Assembly (NCBI GenBank): GCA_009991965.1 | Contig: JAACWQ010000007.1 | Span: 1-60,075 of the forward strand | DNA length: 60,075 nucleotides | From: Minisyncoccota bacterium | GTDB lineage: Bacteria; Patescibacteriota; Microgenomatia; UBA1400; PJMF01 | Reading direction: 5' to 3' | In this document: piece after piece, positions 17,692 through 28,014 of the stretch | Layout: the number at the start of each line of letters is the position of its first letter | Numbering within the stretch: the first letter of the stretch is position 1 | Notes under the pieces: model-generated | The model's input: only the letters and a program-made list of their open reading frames with translations | Databases searched by the model: none | What the model was told of the DNA's origin: nothing | Made by a program: the position numbers and the translations under genes

Positions 17692-18557
17692 GCAAGTGCT
17701 TGCAACAACTCCCGCCAACGAGCGGTAATACTAGTATGTGTATCTCTAGGATGGAAATAGGCAGACGAATAACTCACCAACTCTCTCGTCATAGCCGATC
17801 GCATATACCAACGCTGGAGTGCGTAAGCTCCTGCATTAAAAACCACCGGTGAGGGTGCAAAAGAATTGCGGTCCGAGTACTGCGTCAAGCTCAAAACATT
17901 TCTATATGCATTGGGAATCACTCGACCAACCCATGCGTTGGCGAGCAAAAATAATTGTTTAGTGTTCCCTCTATCAAAAATCCAATCAGCCTGTAGCACT
18001 TCAAATGCTGTATAGACACTGTGTTTTTCGCTTGGCAAAGAAAGATCGTGGCTCTCAAGCCACATATTAAAACACCAACCGCTGGTGTGGGCATTTTTGC
18101 GAGAGCGATACTTGCCGAGCAACAAGCTAAGGAAAACTAGAATCGCTCGAGAAATCCAAAGTGTTTGTGGCATGGTAATGAGCAAAAAATCGAGATCATC
18201 ATTGTTGCGCGCCTGCCGCATTGCGACCGATCCTGTCACCGCCACGCCAGTAATCCAAGGGATAAATCGACAAAGTGTTACCACTTCATCCAACTGCTCT
18301 CGTTTTTGCTGAGCACGCTGTTCGCTGGTGAGTCGAAGCTGTATATCTGTCACACGTCCTGGTAAAAATACATATCCCGCTTGGTACTCAAGACGACCAC
18401 GCTCAACCAGCCACAGTAATTCCGCAACAAATACGGCTTTTGAAAAAGCAGCATTCTGACGCGTCAACAAGCGAAGCCAAAGTTCGCTAACCTGCAATGG
18501 ATATGAAAATTGCGCCGAGTACGCCACCGTCAAAATGATGGCTGATCGATAAGTCAT
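17688..18557 (-). CDS. Nucleotidyltransferase-domain hypothetical protein
   Basis: TGSVAM....DDLDF pol-beta-type motif. Confidence 0.6.
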   Translation of the reverse strand: MTYRSAIILTVAYSAQFSYPLQVSELWLRLLTRQNAAFSKAVFVAELLWLVERGRLEYQAGYVFLPGRVTDIQLRLTSEQRAQQKREQLDEVVTLCRFIPWITGVAVTGSVAMRQARNNDDLDFLLITMPQTLWISRAILVFLSLLLGKYRSRKNAHTSGWCFNMWLESHDLSLPSEKHSVYTAFEVLQADWIFDRGNTKQLFLLANAWVGRVIPNAYRNVLSLTQYSDRNSFAPSPVVFNAGAYALQRWYMRSAMTRELVSYSSAYFHPRDTHTSITARWRELLQALA

Positions 18558-18584
18558 ACCCGCATTATACTTGGTGAAAAACGC

Positions 18585-20312
18585 TTATTTTGCTGAAAAT
18601 TGCTGCAGTGTTTGGGCTGTACCCTGCTCAACTTCTGTTAACACAGAACTCATGCTACTGCTACCAAGGAGGCCCGTTACTGCATTTTCATAGTAGCCGA
18701 TCATCTGATCGTTGATACCAGCGTCAAATGTATTGGAGCTTAGGTACCAACCGCTCGCAAACGGAGCATCTTGCAAAAATGGTCGAACAAGCTCATTGCT
18801 AGCCGCTTGATCAGCCAAATCTGTTCTCGAGTAAATTTCACCAAACGGACGAACAGCAGCCTGATCAGAATACAGTTTCAACTGAACTTCTTTGCTGCTC
18901 AAATACTTCAGTAACTTCCAGGCTATATCTTGCTGTTTACTCTGCTGACTCACTCCTTCTGCCCAGTACGATGCCCAAGCAATTCTCGTGTCACTCAATT
19001 GTGGCACCGGAGCAACGCCAAATTTAAGATCAGGGTTAATTGCTGCAATGTCATGCGCCCTCCAGGAAGGGGCGAAAAACATGGCCGTTTCACCTCGAGC
19101 AAAAGCCGTTGTTGAACTTGGCAGCGTACTGTTCCACACACCATCAGCTTTTTGAAAGTTGGTGTAAAACAACAGCGCATCTCGCGCCTCAGCAGAGTTT
19201 GGTTTAGCTAGGTCAGCACCATTTTGCAACATGAGGAGTGCAACAATATCAGAAAAGTGGTCAACATTGACCGCATTGCCAAGGGCGACACCACCACGTT
19301 GAATTGTGGAGCCAGATTTAATCGTGAGTTTTGCAGCCAACGTGCGCAACTCTGACCAAGTCTTTGGTGGATCGACCGCCGCTGTAGTCAATGCTTCTTT
19401 GTTATAAAAAAGCGCGAGTCCATCGTACATGAGTGGAATGCCAACCAACTGGCCTTGTACTTGCAATTGGCTTGCTGCAGCAGGATAAAACGTCTTCTGA
19501 AACTCAGAAGCTGAGTAAACTGAGGACGGCATGCGAGCGAGCTCAGCAGAAAGCGACGGAGTCCATGATGCGTGAAATCGAAATACGTCTGGCCCATTGC
19601 CCGAAGCAATTGCTGTTTGCAATCGCTGGCGATAATCTCGATACGACTGCTTTGTGTAACGAACAGAAACACCAGGATTTTCCTTTTCAAAATCTGCCAA
19701 AACCTGTGTCATTACCTCCGCTGGCTCCCACAAACCCCAGTACTCAATCGTCGTCGCTTGTGCAGTTTGTGCCGCAGGCGCCGCAGTTTTGCTCCCCGCA
19801 CCAGAACTGGAACCCGAAGAACTTGGCGGTGTGACAGAAGTACTTTTGCCACCAGAAAATGTTTTAATTGCCATAAAAATACCACCGACCACAACCAAGG
19901 CTATGAGCGCAAATGGCAAAAATCGCAAGGGTGATTTCTTTAAGCTTGCCAGCTTAGCCGCTGGTGCAGTAGCACCCTTCGTTTTTTCTGGCACTACCTT
20001 GATCATGTCAGAAACCGATTGTGGGGACGTAGGCGCTGTTTTATTCTCGAGGTCAGGAACATTTTGTGACAATTTTGTATTTGGTACCTGAGAACTTGAC
20101 ATTGAAGAAAGAGCGGTCAGCGTGCTCGGGGGCAAGACAGGAGCTGTCTTTGTAGCAACTGGTTGGAATCTTGATGGAGGCAGCGCAGAAGTAGGTGCTG
20201 AACTCAGTGGCCGGGGCGCGGGGATTGTTGGCTTTGGCGGAACTACTTGTGGTGTCGTACTTGGAACTGGTGAGCTCGGTGGTGTTGGTTTTGGTAGTAC
20301 AGTATCAGGCAT
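18585..20312 (-). CDS. Extracellular sugar-binding protein (SBP family 1) with Pro-rich N-terminal tail
   Basis: One TM segment, YWGLWE, GPDVF, GIPL..DGLALFYNK, PPKTW.EL. Confidence 0.85.
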   Translation of the reverse strand: MPDTVLPKPTPPSSPVPSTTPQVVPPKPTIPAPRPLSSAPTSALPPSRFQPVATKTAPVLPPSTLTALSSMSSSQVPNTKLSQNVPDLENKTAPTSPQSVSDMIKVVPEKTKGATAPAAKLASLKKSPLRFLPFALIALVVVGGIFMAIKTFSGGKSTSVTPPSSSGSSSGAGSKTAAPAAQTAQATTIEYWGLWEPAEVMTQVLADFEKENPGVSVRYTKQSYRDYRQRLQTAIASGNGPDVFRFHASWTPSLSAELARMPSSVYSASEFQKTFYPAAASQLQVQGQLVGIPLMYDGLALFYNKEALTTAAVDPPKTWSELRTLAAKLTIKSGSTIQRGGVALGNAVNVDHFSDIVALLMLQNGADLAKPNSAEARDALLFYTNFQKADGVWNSTLPSSTTAFARGETAMFFAPSWRAHDIAAINPDLKFGVAPVPQLSDTRIAWASYWAEGVSQQSKQQDIAWKLLKYLSSKEVQLKLYSDQAAVRPFGEIYSRTDLADQAASNELVRPFLQDAPFASGWYLSSNTFDAGINDQMIGYYENAVTGLLGSSSMSSVLTEVEQGTAQTLQQFSAK

Positions 20313-20393
20313 GGCAGAAATTGTGCTCTAGTCATCAAGGCGGCAATTTGCCACAATAGAGTAACTAGACAGTATTTATCATAGCACGCACAC

Positions 20394-22166
20394 ATGCCAT
20401 TGTCGCCAACTTTTTTTCAGTCGCACTCCAGAATTCTCATCCATTTGGCTGCAATTATTGCTCTGCTCTGCGGCTTAGTCGTTGTTGGACTTTTTGTTCG
20501 CTACCACCATCGTATGCTACCCAACATATATATAGATGACCAATTGGTCGGCGGCTACACCGCGCTCGAAACCCGCGAGCTACTCATAGCACATGCAGGC
20601 CAAGTAGCAGAGCACAAATTTACTATCGTCGTAGACGACATTGCAGTCGCAAGCAGCTCGAGTGAACTTGGGCTGTCTCGCATGATTGATCAAGAACTAG
20701 AAAAAGCCTTCGCGATCGGTCGGCAAGGTTCTCTTTTGCATCGAGTGAACGCGTTTGTCACAGCGCTCTTCAAAAAACAGTCCTTTACTACTAGACTCGC
20801 GTATCAAAAACAACCGCTCACAGATCTCATTACCAAACTTGCAACTCAAGTTGATTATCCTGGCATCGAACCACAAGCAACACTCAAATACAGCGGGAGC
20901 GTACGGTCGCTCAAAATTGATCCAGGCTCATTTGGCAGAAAAGTGAATCAAGCAGCTACTCGTGAAGCAGCCGTGCGCGCTGCAAATCAAGGTACATTTG
21001 AAATTACTGCTGTCGTCGCTTCGACCTCCGGCGAACTGAGTGAGTTTGAAGCATTGGCCGCCCAAGAGAGGGCCGCAAAATTTGTTGGCAAAAAAATTAC
21101 ACTGAAAAACGAAGACCAAAGCGTAACCCTGCGAGATCAAAAGCTCGTTCAGTTGCTTGCCTTCCCTACTGGTGTCAACGAACATGCGGTTACGGAGTTG
21201 CTTACCAATTGGGAAAGTACATATTATCGAGAAGCAAAAGAACCTGTTTTTGAGTACGATGAACACACGCTTATCGTTGCTTCTTTTGTGGCACCTCAAG
21301 ATGGCACCAAGCTTTCTGTGGGTGAGGCACGCACAAATTTGCTTGAGGCAATGACGCGCATTGAATCTGGAGACGAGACAGAGATACAACGAGCAGAACT
21401 TCCACTGCGCCGCAGCCCTCCTACGCGCTCACTTGGCGAAACCAACTCGCTTGGCATCAAAGAGCGTATTGGCCTCGGCACAAGTGAATACGCCCACTCT
21501 ATTCCCAATCGTATTTTGAATGTCGCACTTACCACTGGCAAAATCTCCTTACATATTATTCCACCAGGCAAAGAATTTTCTTTCAACAAAACACTCGGCG
21601 AAGTTTCCGCCAAAACAGGATTTCGCTCTGCCTACGTGATCAAAAATGGTCAAACTGAGCTTGGCGATGGTGGGGGCGTTTGCCAGGTAAGCACCACCTT
21701 GTTTCGGGCTGTGCTCAACGCTGGACTCGAGGTCACTCGACGCCTCCCCCATAGCTACCGGGTTAGCTACTACGAGCTAGACAACAAACCAGGAATTGAT
21801 GCAACCGTCTATGCGGGCGACACTGACTTTCGCTTTATTAATGATACTGGAAATTATATTCTGGTGTATGGCGAAGCAAATAGCGACAACCTCAGTATGA
21901 AAATCGAGCTGTACGGCACTAGCGACGGTCGTACGAGCGAAATTGTTGATCACGTCACCTGGAATCCACGCCCGCCACTGCCCGCTCAATACATCCCAAC
22001 CACTGCGCTTCCAGCGGGAAAACTGCAGCAAGTCGATTGGTCGGCACCAGGCATCAGTGCCAAATTCACCAATATTGTAAAAGATAAAAATGGTAATGAA
22101 CTCCACAACGACACCTACACTTCTGTCTATCGACCGTGGGCAGCCAAGTTTTTGCAGGGGGTATAA
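20394..22166 (+). CDS. VanW-family protein with peptidoglycan-binding repeats
   Basis: FSFNKTLG, GGGVCQVSTTLFRA, HSYRVSYYE, GIDATV. Confidence 0.9.
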   Translation: MPLSPTFFQSHSRILIHLAAIIALLCGLVVVGLFVRYHHRMLPNIYIDDQLVGGYTALETRELLIAHAGQVAEHKFTIVVDDIAVASSSSELGLSRMIDQELEKAFAIGRQGSLLHRVNAFVTALFKKQSFTTRLAYQKQPLTDLITKLATQVDYPGIEPQATLKYSGSVRSLKIDPGSFGRKVNQAATREAAVRAANQGTFEITAVVASTSGELSEFEALAAQERAAKFVGKKITLKNEDQSVTLRDQKLVQLLAFPTGVNEHAVTELLTNWESTYYREAKEPVFEYDEHTLIVASFVAPQDGTKLSVGEARTNLLEAMTRIESGDETEIQRAELPLRRSPPTRSLGETNSLGIKERIGLGTSEYAHSIPNRILNVALTTGKISLHIIPPGKEFSFNKTLGEVSAKTGFRSAYVIKNGQTELGDGGGVCQVSTTLFRAVLNAGLEVTRRLPHSYRVSYYELDNKPGIDATVYAGDTDFRFINDTGNYILVYGEANSDNLSMKIELYGTSDGRTSEIVDHVTWNPRPPLPAQYIPTTALPAGKLQQVDWSAPGISAKFTNIVKDKNGNELHNDTYTSVYRPWAAKFLQGV

Positions 22167-22222
22167 AAATACATACATACCCGTGATACACTATCAGTAG
22201 TACATCTAGAGGAGAACTCCGT

Positions 22223-22432
22223 ATGCATGAAAATGAACAATCACTCTCGCCAGAAGAAGAAGCTAGATTAAAAGCACTTACTGAAGCTGCCGCTCAAACT
22301 ATTTCTGAAAAACAACTGAAGTCAGGAAGTGCTCGTCTGCTGGCAGCTATCCAAAATGGAGATCCCGACGAAACAGTACCTGTTGAGGAAGATGACAGTG
22401 AGTCATCTGAACCTAAGTCAGAAGCTGAGTAA
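22223..22432 (+). CDS. Small acidic hypothetical protein
   Basis: ORF preceded by GAGGAG; no overlap with neighbouring genes. Confidence 0.6.
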   Translation: MHENEQSLSPEEEARLKALTEAAAQTISEKQLKSGSARLLAAIQNGDPDETVPVEEDDSESSEPKSEAE

Positions 22433-22449
22433 ACGAGAGGTGCAACTAC

Positions 22450-22953
22450 TTACTCTATTTTCTGGCAACTTCTAATTAGTGCCTCGGGCGATAGTTTTTC
22501 TATAACGAATTCACTAACCAAACCATAATCTGATAGTGGTAGGTTTTTTGTTCCCTCCCACTCAGGTTTCCATGGAGCAGCAATAATGAGTTGAGTGAGT
22601 GATGCAATTTCTGGTGGAATAATAAAATTGTCAGACTCTATGTCAAGAGTTTTTGCTTCGGGATGAGCTGATGCTCTGTGCTGTTCAAGATCTTCTCTTT
22701 TTACTCGACAAACTAGAAATCTTCCTCCAGGTTGACCACTAATTCTTTGTCTGCAGTAGGTAGCTAGCGCCTCAATTGAGTCTGTAAACCACATACCTAC
22801 TATGCTCAGCTCAGATACCTCACCTACTCTAGCTTGATTAAATGGCTTATTAGGATTTTCAAATCTATAAAGGGTAATGTAATTTGGATCTGCGTATACT
22901 TCAGAAAGTGCGGTGTTTTTGACTTCTAATTGAGTTTCAAGGTTATTCATCAT
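22450..22953 (-). CDS. Hypothetical protein, possible ADP-ribosyltransferase fold
   Basis: TLYR...GMWFTDS..A..Y...E motif spacing; AT-rich. Confidence 0.5.
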   Translation of the reverse strand: MMNNLETQLEVKNTALSEVYADPNYITLYRFENPNKPFNQARVGEVSELSIVGMWFTDSIEALATYCRQRISGQPGGRFLVCRVKREDLEQHRASAHPEAKTLDIESDNFIIPPEIASLTQLIIAAPWKPEWEGTKNLPLSDYGLVSEFVIEKLSPEALIRSCQKIE

Positions 22954-23020
22954 TGGTTAACACTCACCATATTGTTGACTTCAACAAAATGATTTTTGGC
23001 TGATATTTAGATAGAAATAA

Positions 23021-23776
23021 TCATCTTTTACTCATCATATTCCCCATCCCCTCAACTGCGCGCAGCACCTCAAGTGGAACCGCAAAAATAACGGTATTTG
23101 ATTGATCAGAAGAAATGTCATTGATCGAGTTAAGAGTACGCAGATGCAGAGCGCCAGGTGTTGATGCCATCATGCTAGCCGCCTTCATCAGATTTTCTGC
23201 CGCGAGCACCTCACCCTCACTACTAATAATAGTAGCGCGCTTTTCTCGTTCGGCCTCAGCCTGCTTCGCCATCGTACGCACCATGGTCTCTGGCAACTCG
23301 ATATCTTTAAGCTCCACTGCCTCGACATCGACACCCCATTGATCAGTAGTTTTGTCGACCGATTCGAGAATTTGCTCAGCAATTTTTTCGCGATTACTCA
23401 ACAGTTCATCGAGTGTCGCCTCGCCAGCGACTCTGCGCATGGTTGTTTGTGCCAGCTGAGACACTGCCCAAAGCACATCTTCCACCTCGTTAATTGACTT
23501 GGCCGCATCAGCAATTTTGTAATAAATCACTGCGTTCATTTTGCACGAAACGTTATCGCGCGTAATGGTCTCTTGCTTTGGCACATCAACCGCCTTAGTA
23601 CGGATGTCTACTTTGCGAAAGGTTTGAAATATCGGCCAAATAAAGCGCCAACCGGGCTGAATAATGCTGGTAAAACGACCCATGGTGTACACCACTCCCC
23701 GCTCGTATTGATTGATCTGCTTGAGAAAAGACAGAAAGAAAACTATTACTGCTCCGAAAAAAATGAGGCTGCCCAT
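23021..23776 (-). CDS. SPFH/band 7 (stomatin-like) protein
   Basis: QYERGVV, ITRDNV, QLAQTTMR, MAKQAEAEREKRA. Start ATG 23776 follows AAGGA. Confidence 0.92.
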   Translation of the reverse strand: MGSLIFFGAVIVFFLSFLKQINQYERGVVYTMGRFTSIIQPGWRFIWPIFQTFRKVDIRTKAVDVPKQETITRDNVSCKMNAVIYYKIADAAKSINEVEDVLWAVSQLAQTTMRRVAGEATLDELLSNREKIAEQILESVDKTTDQWGVDVEAVELKDIELPETMVRTMAKQAEAEREKRATIISSEGEVLAAENLMKAASMMASTPGALHLRTLNSINDISSDQSNTVIFAVPLEVLRAVEGMGNMMSKR

Positions 23777-23857
23777 GGTGATCCTTAATTTGCTGACACT
23801 ATAAGTAGTATAGCGCACTTGCAAGAGCCATAATTTTATACTAAAATTACTACTAGT

Positions 23858-24157
23858 ATGAAAATTCAAACTATAATTCGACCAAATCAAAAAGGGCAAA
23901 TTGTCATTCCAAAAGCAGTGAGAAAACAATTGGGTATAGATAGCAAAAGTCAGTTACATCTCATCACCTCAGGCACCTCACTCATCATTACTCTTCTAGA
24001 TGATCAAGAATTTCCAAAAATAGCTGAGACACAAACGTATGCAGATGTTCTGGCAGAAACTAAGGGTTCGTGGGCTGGCGACCCTTGGTTGGAGACCGAA
24101 AAAGCAAGAGAAAAAAATGAGCTTGCCGCTGCCGAGGATCGGAAACAGTCGTGGTAA
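23858..24157 (+). CDS. AbrB/MazE-family antitoxin (VapB-like)
   Basis: KGQIVIPKAVRKQLGI; palindrome TAATTTTA-TAC-TAAAATTA over the promoter. Confidence 0.85.
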   Translation: MKIQTIIRPNQKGQIVIPKAVRKQLGIDSKSQLHLITSGTSLIITLLDDQEFPKIAETQTYADVLAETKGSWAGDPWLETEKAREKNELAAAEDRKQSW

Positions 24158-24537
24158 TTCTTGATACCAATATTATTATTGACCATCTTCGACTCAGCGG
24201 CACACAGCCATCCCAATTAGAAATGCTGGTGAAAAAACTGCCAGACGACGACCTTGGCCTCTCAGTTATTTCAATTCAAGAGCTCTTTGCAGGCCAAAGT
24301 ACGAAGGATCCAAACAAAGCAACCTTATTGCTCAAAACCATCAGACCGTTGCGCGTGTTGGAATATTCCACACAGGTAGCAAAACTTGCTGGCGAGCTTG
24401 CTCGAGACCTCACCGCTCTAATTACTTTTGCAGACGCTGCAATAGCAGCTACTGCCCTGGAAAACCACTGCGTGCTTGCAACCCTAAATAACAAGCATTT
24501 TTCTCAAATTTCCAAACTTCGGCTGGTAAAAATCTAA
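24151..24537 (+). CDS. PIN-domain toxin (VapC-like)
   Basis: ILDTNIIID, SIQEL, ADAAIAATA, LATLNNKHF. Confidence 0.88.
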   Translation: MVILDTNIIIDHLRLSGTQPSQLEMLVKKLPDDDLGLSVISIQELFAGQSTKDPNKATLLLKTIRPLRVLEYSTQVAKLAGELARDLTALITFADAAIAATALENHCVLATLNNKHFSQISKLRLVKI

Positions 24538-24567
24538 AGCTCTCTCCCGTCTGCTACAATCAAACTC

Positions 24568-26793
24568 ATGCAACCACGCTACGCCCCAGAGGAACACGAA
24601 GACAAAATCTACAAATTGTGGCAGAAACATGATGCCTTCAATCCCGATCATTATAAAGGTAAAAAAAGCGGACAAACCAAGCCTTTTTCCATTATCATGC
24701 CGCCGCCAAATGCCAACGATCCTTTGCACATCGGCCACGCCATGTTTGTGGCACTCGAAGATACGCTGACGCGCTTTCATCGTATGCGGGGCGACGACAC
24801 ACTTTGGCTCCCTGGCACCGATCACGCAGGCATCGAAACTCAGTTTGTGTTTGAGAAGAAGCTACAGAAACAAGGCAAATCGCGCTTCCAATTTGATCGA
24901 GATGCGCTCTACAACATGATCTGGGAGTATGTCCAAGAAAATTCTGACACCGCGGTTGACCAGATTAAGAAACTTGGGGCCAGTTGCGACTGGTCACGTT
25001 TCAAGTTTATGCTCGACGAAGATGTGGTGCGACTAACCAAAGAAACGTTTGCCAAAATGCAGAAAGATGGATTGATATATCGCGATATTCGCTTGGTTAA
25101 CTACTGCACCAAATGTGGCACCAGCTACTCAGAGCTCGAAATCCAATCGGTTGAGCAAACTACCAACCTCTACTACCTGCGCTATCCCCTCTTCGAGACG
25201 CCAGACGAACACATTGTGGTTGCCACCACCAGACCAGAACCTATTTTTGCCGACACCCACCTCGCCGTCCACCCCAAGGACAAAAAACACCAACATCTCA
25301 TCGGCACACAAGTAATTAATCCCCTCACCAAACAGCCAATGACTATTATCGCCGACGAGTTTGTCGACCCCAAGTTTGGCACTGGAGTCGTAAAACTAAC
25401 CCCCGCCCATGACGCGAACGACTTTGCTGTTGCCCAAAAACACAAGTTGCCCATGAACATCGCCATCACCCGCGAAGGCAAATTAACTGCGCTGGCGGGC
25501 AAGTACGCAGGACTTAAGGTTGCGACAGCACGCGAGCAAATTATTGCCGATCTAGACAAACAAGGATTGATAGAAAAAATTGATATAGCATACAAAAATA
25601 CAATAAAGACTTGTTATAAATGCGCTCGGATTATCGAACCACTTCCCCTGCCCCAATTCTTCGTAGCAGTCAACAAACCGGGCAAAAGTTTGACCGAAGC
25701 AGTTCTCCAAACACTTGCCAAAAAAGAAACAAAAATCTACGGCGCTGGTAGAGAAAAAATTCTCAAACACTGGCTGACTAATTTGAACGATTGGAACATT
25801 AGTCGCCAAATCGTTTGGGGTATTCGTATTCCTGTGTGGTATCAAATCGACGGACACGAAGATGCAATTTCGGCCTCGTTTTTGAATACCGCCGGCGAGT
25901 ACACATCTGGAACACTTACAGAATTACTCAAAAAACACTCACTCAAAACTATTGCCAAAGGCCTCCAAAGTCTCTCTGCTGACGCTGAGGTTCCGTACAT
26001 AGTTGGCGACTCTACACCCGCGAACAGACATGAGTACTTACCAGAAACCGACACATTTGACACCTGGTTTTCCTCGGCCCAGTGGCCAGTCAACACGCTC
26101 AAGACTACAAATAAAGGTGATTTTGCGCGATTCTACCCGACTACAGTGATGGAAACAGGCTACGATATTTTGCCATTTTGGGTTATGCGTATGATGCTGC
26201 TTGGGATTTATTTGACCAACAAATCCCCGTTTAGCGAAGTCTATTTGCACGGTCTCGTTCGCGACGAACACGGCAAAAAGATGAGTAAAAGCAAGGGAAA
26301 TGTCGTCAATCCTCTCGATATGGTGAGTAAGTATGGTGCCGACGCAGTTCGAATGTCACTCATAATTCGCTCCACTCCTGGCATCGATAAGTCCGTTGGC
26401 GAACGAGATTTTATCGCGATGCGCAATTTGACCAACAAAATTTGGAATGCTACTCGCTATGTTTCGATGCAAGAAATAACAGATACTTCTGCTCTACCCG
26501 GAGATACAGTTGTGTCAAAAAAAGTTGCAACGCTGAGCAAAGATATTGCCAAACTCCTCGAGAAAAGAAAAATCGGAGTCGCAGCAGACAACACATATGG
26601 TGCATTTTGGCATTGGTTTTGTGATGAGTGCATCGAGTCACACAAACAAACCACTATCTCGCTCGCCTGCTTGCGTAAAACGCTCGAAACATTCCTCCAA
26701 CTCCTCCACCCCTATATGCCGTTTGTCACCGAAGCTTGCTGGCAAGAGCTGCACCCTGAGTCACTACTTATCGAACACGCTTGGCCCACATAA
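24568..26793 (+). CDS. valS: Valine--tRNA ligase (short form lacking the C-terminal coiled-coil arm)
   Basis: PPPNAN..LHIGHA, GTDHAGIETQ, DWNISRQIVWG, DTWFSS, KMSKSKGN. Confidence 0.95.
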   Translation: MQPRYAPEEHEDKIYKLWQKHDAFNPDHYKGKKSGQTKPFSIIMPPPNANDPLHIGHAMFVALEDTLTRFHRMRGDDTLWLPGTDHAGIETQFVFEKKLQKQGKSRFQFDRDALYNMIWEYVQENSDTAVDQIKKLGASCDWSRFKFMLDEDVVRLTKETFAKMQKDGLIYRDIRLVNYCTKCGTSYSELEIQSVEQTTNLYYLRYPLFETPDEHIVVATTRPEPIFADTHLAVHPKDKKHQHLIGTQVINPLTKQPMTIIADEFVDPKFGTGVVKLTPAHDANDFAVAQKHKLPMNIAITREGKLTALAGKYAGLKVATAREQIIADLDKQGLIEKIDIAYKNTIKTCYKCARIIEPLPLPQFFVAVNKPGKSLTEAVLQTLAKKETKIYGAGREKILKHWLTNLNDWNISRQIVWGIRIPVWYQIDGHEDAISASFLNTAGEYTSGTLTELLKKHSLKTIAKGLQSLSADAEVPYIVGDSTPANRHEYLPETDTFDTWFSSAQWPVNTLKTTNKGDFARFYPTTVMETGYDILPFWVMRMMLLGIYLTNKSPFSEVYLHGLVRDEHGKKMSKSKGNVVNPLDMVSKYGADAVRMSLIIRSTPGIDKSVGERDFIAMRNLTNKIWNATRYVSMQEITDTSALPGDTVVSKKVATLSKDIAKLLEKRKIGVAADNTYGAFWHWFCDECIESHKQTTISLACLRKTLETFLQLLHPYMPFVTEACWQELHPESLLIEHAWPT

Positions 26794-26822
26794 TCGCAAC
26801 CTCAAGACTGCTATACTAAAGT

Positions 26823-27266
26823 ATGGCTTGGTTACATTCACTCGTTTTACACATCCGCCTGATCTGGTCGATCGGACTTTTTTTGGCCCGTATAGCGTTA
26901 TCTGAGCTCACACAACGCAAGCTCGCGCTCATCTCTACTACCGCAGTCATACTCCTCAGCGCCATCGCGCTTTTACAGGTAGTAAAAGCAGTAGAAACAA
27001 CCATCACTCCCCCCACTCCACTCGAGTTAGCCATCAGTACCGAGCCACTCAGTGCAACCTATCGACTCACCCCAGCAGAAGCCGAAGAACAGCTTTCGTA
27101 CTTCCTTAAGTTATACGAGCTACAACCCACGCATCGCGAAATTCTCCTCAATATCGGCATACTTTACGAAACACTTGAAAACACTCGAGAGGCCGAACGA
27201 TACTTCGACCTTGCGGCCAAAAGTAATCGCACCACTCCACACATTATTCGCGGAATTGAAAAATAA
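26823..27266 (+). CDS. Small membrane protein with TPR-like C-terminus
   Basis: TM segment; QPTHREILLNIGILY..A..YF..A; TATACT 5 nt before the ATG. Confidence 0.6.
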   Translation: MAWLHSLVLHIRLIWSIGLFLARIALSELTQRKLALISTTAVILLSAIALLQVVKAVETTITPPTPLELAISTEPLSATYRLTPAEAEEQLSYFLKLYELQPTHREILLNIGILYETLENTREAERYFDLAAKSNRTTPHIIRGIEK

Positions 27267-27267
27267 T

Positions 27268-27951
27268 CTATTCTTTTGCTGGATCGCTCTTCTCTGTCTC
27301 GGAGGAACCCGCTTCTTTTGATTCTGTTGTTTCTTCTCCTGCAGCAGCATCTACAACAGCAACAACCTCTTCCTCTTTTTCTTCTTTAACCTCTTGGACA
27401 ATGACAAGCGGAGCCTCGAGTTCTTCTTCAGAAAGCTTAAGTTCTACCACCGCTCTATCGAATTGGAGCTCTGCCACACCTAGGGATTGCCCGATTTCTG
27501 TCAGAACAGAAATGTCTACAGTGATTCTCTCTGGAATATTAGATGGTAACGCTTCAATTAACAAAGTATCTCGCACGAGTAAAATATTAGCATTCTTAAC
27601 CACACACTCGCCGACTATCTCGAGTGGAACTTCTGCTTCAATCTTCTCTGCCAAATTCACGCGCTTAAACACCACGTGTAGGGGTTCTTTAGTAACTGGA
27701 TTTACTTGGATTTCTTCCAATAAAACCGGATATTCATCTTTGTTATCTACAACGACATATATAAGACCGGATTCGATGTCTTCTTGTTGCTTTTGTACCA
27801 CTCTTTTGGAGCATTTTATTGAAACCGATGGTTTTGACAAACCAAAGATATTTGCTGGTATATCACCATTTTTCAACATTTTCCCAATTGAGTCAATTTT
27901 AAAATCTCGAGATGAGACGTGAAATTTGTACGGCGCTACAGTTGATGTCAT
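27268..27951 (-). CDS. rplY: 50S ribosomal protein L25 (CTC form)
   Basis: IPANIFG, IQVNPVT..PLHV.F, EALPSNIPERITVDIS, acidic tail. Confidence 0.9.
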   Translation of the reverse strand: MTSTVAPYKFHVSSRDFKIDSIGKMLKNGDIPANIFGLSKPSVSIKCSKRVVQKQQEDIESGLIYVVVDNKDEYPVLLEEIQVNPVTKEPLHVVFKRVNLAEKIEAEVPLEIVGECVVKNANILLVRDTLLIEALPSNIPERITVDISVLTEIGQSLGVAELQFDRAVVELKLSEEELEAPLVIVQEVKEEKEEEVVAVVDAAAGEETTESKEAGSSETEKSDPAKE

Positions 27952-28014
27952 AATTCTTTCTTTAGACGAGTTTACTCGAGCATTGTAGCACAACTCTATA
28001 ACCGAAAAATGAGG

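Noticed and set aside
24568..26793. valS as a truncated pseudogene
   Set aside because: All catalytic motifs and a clean stop are present; loss of the C-terminal arm fits a reduced genome.
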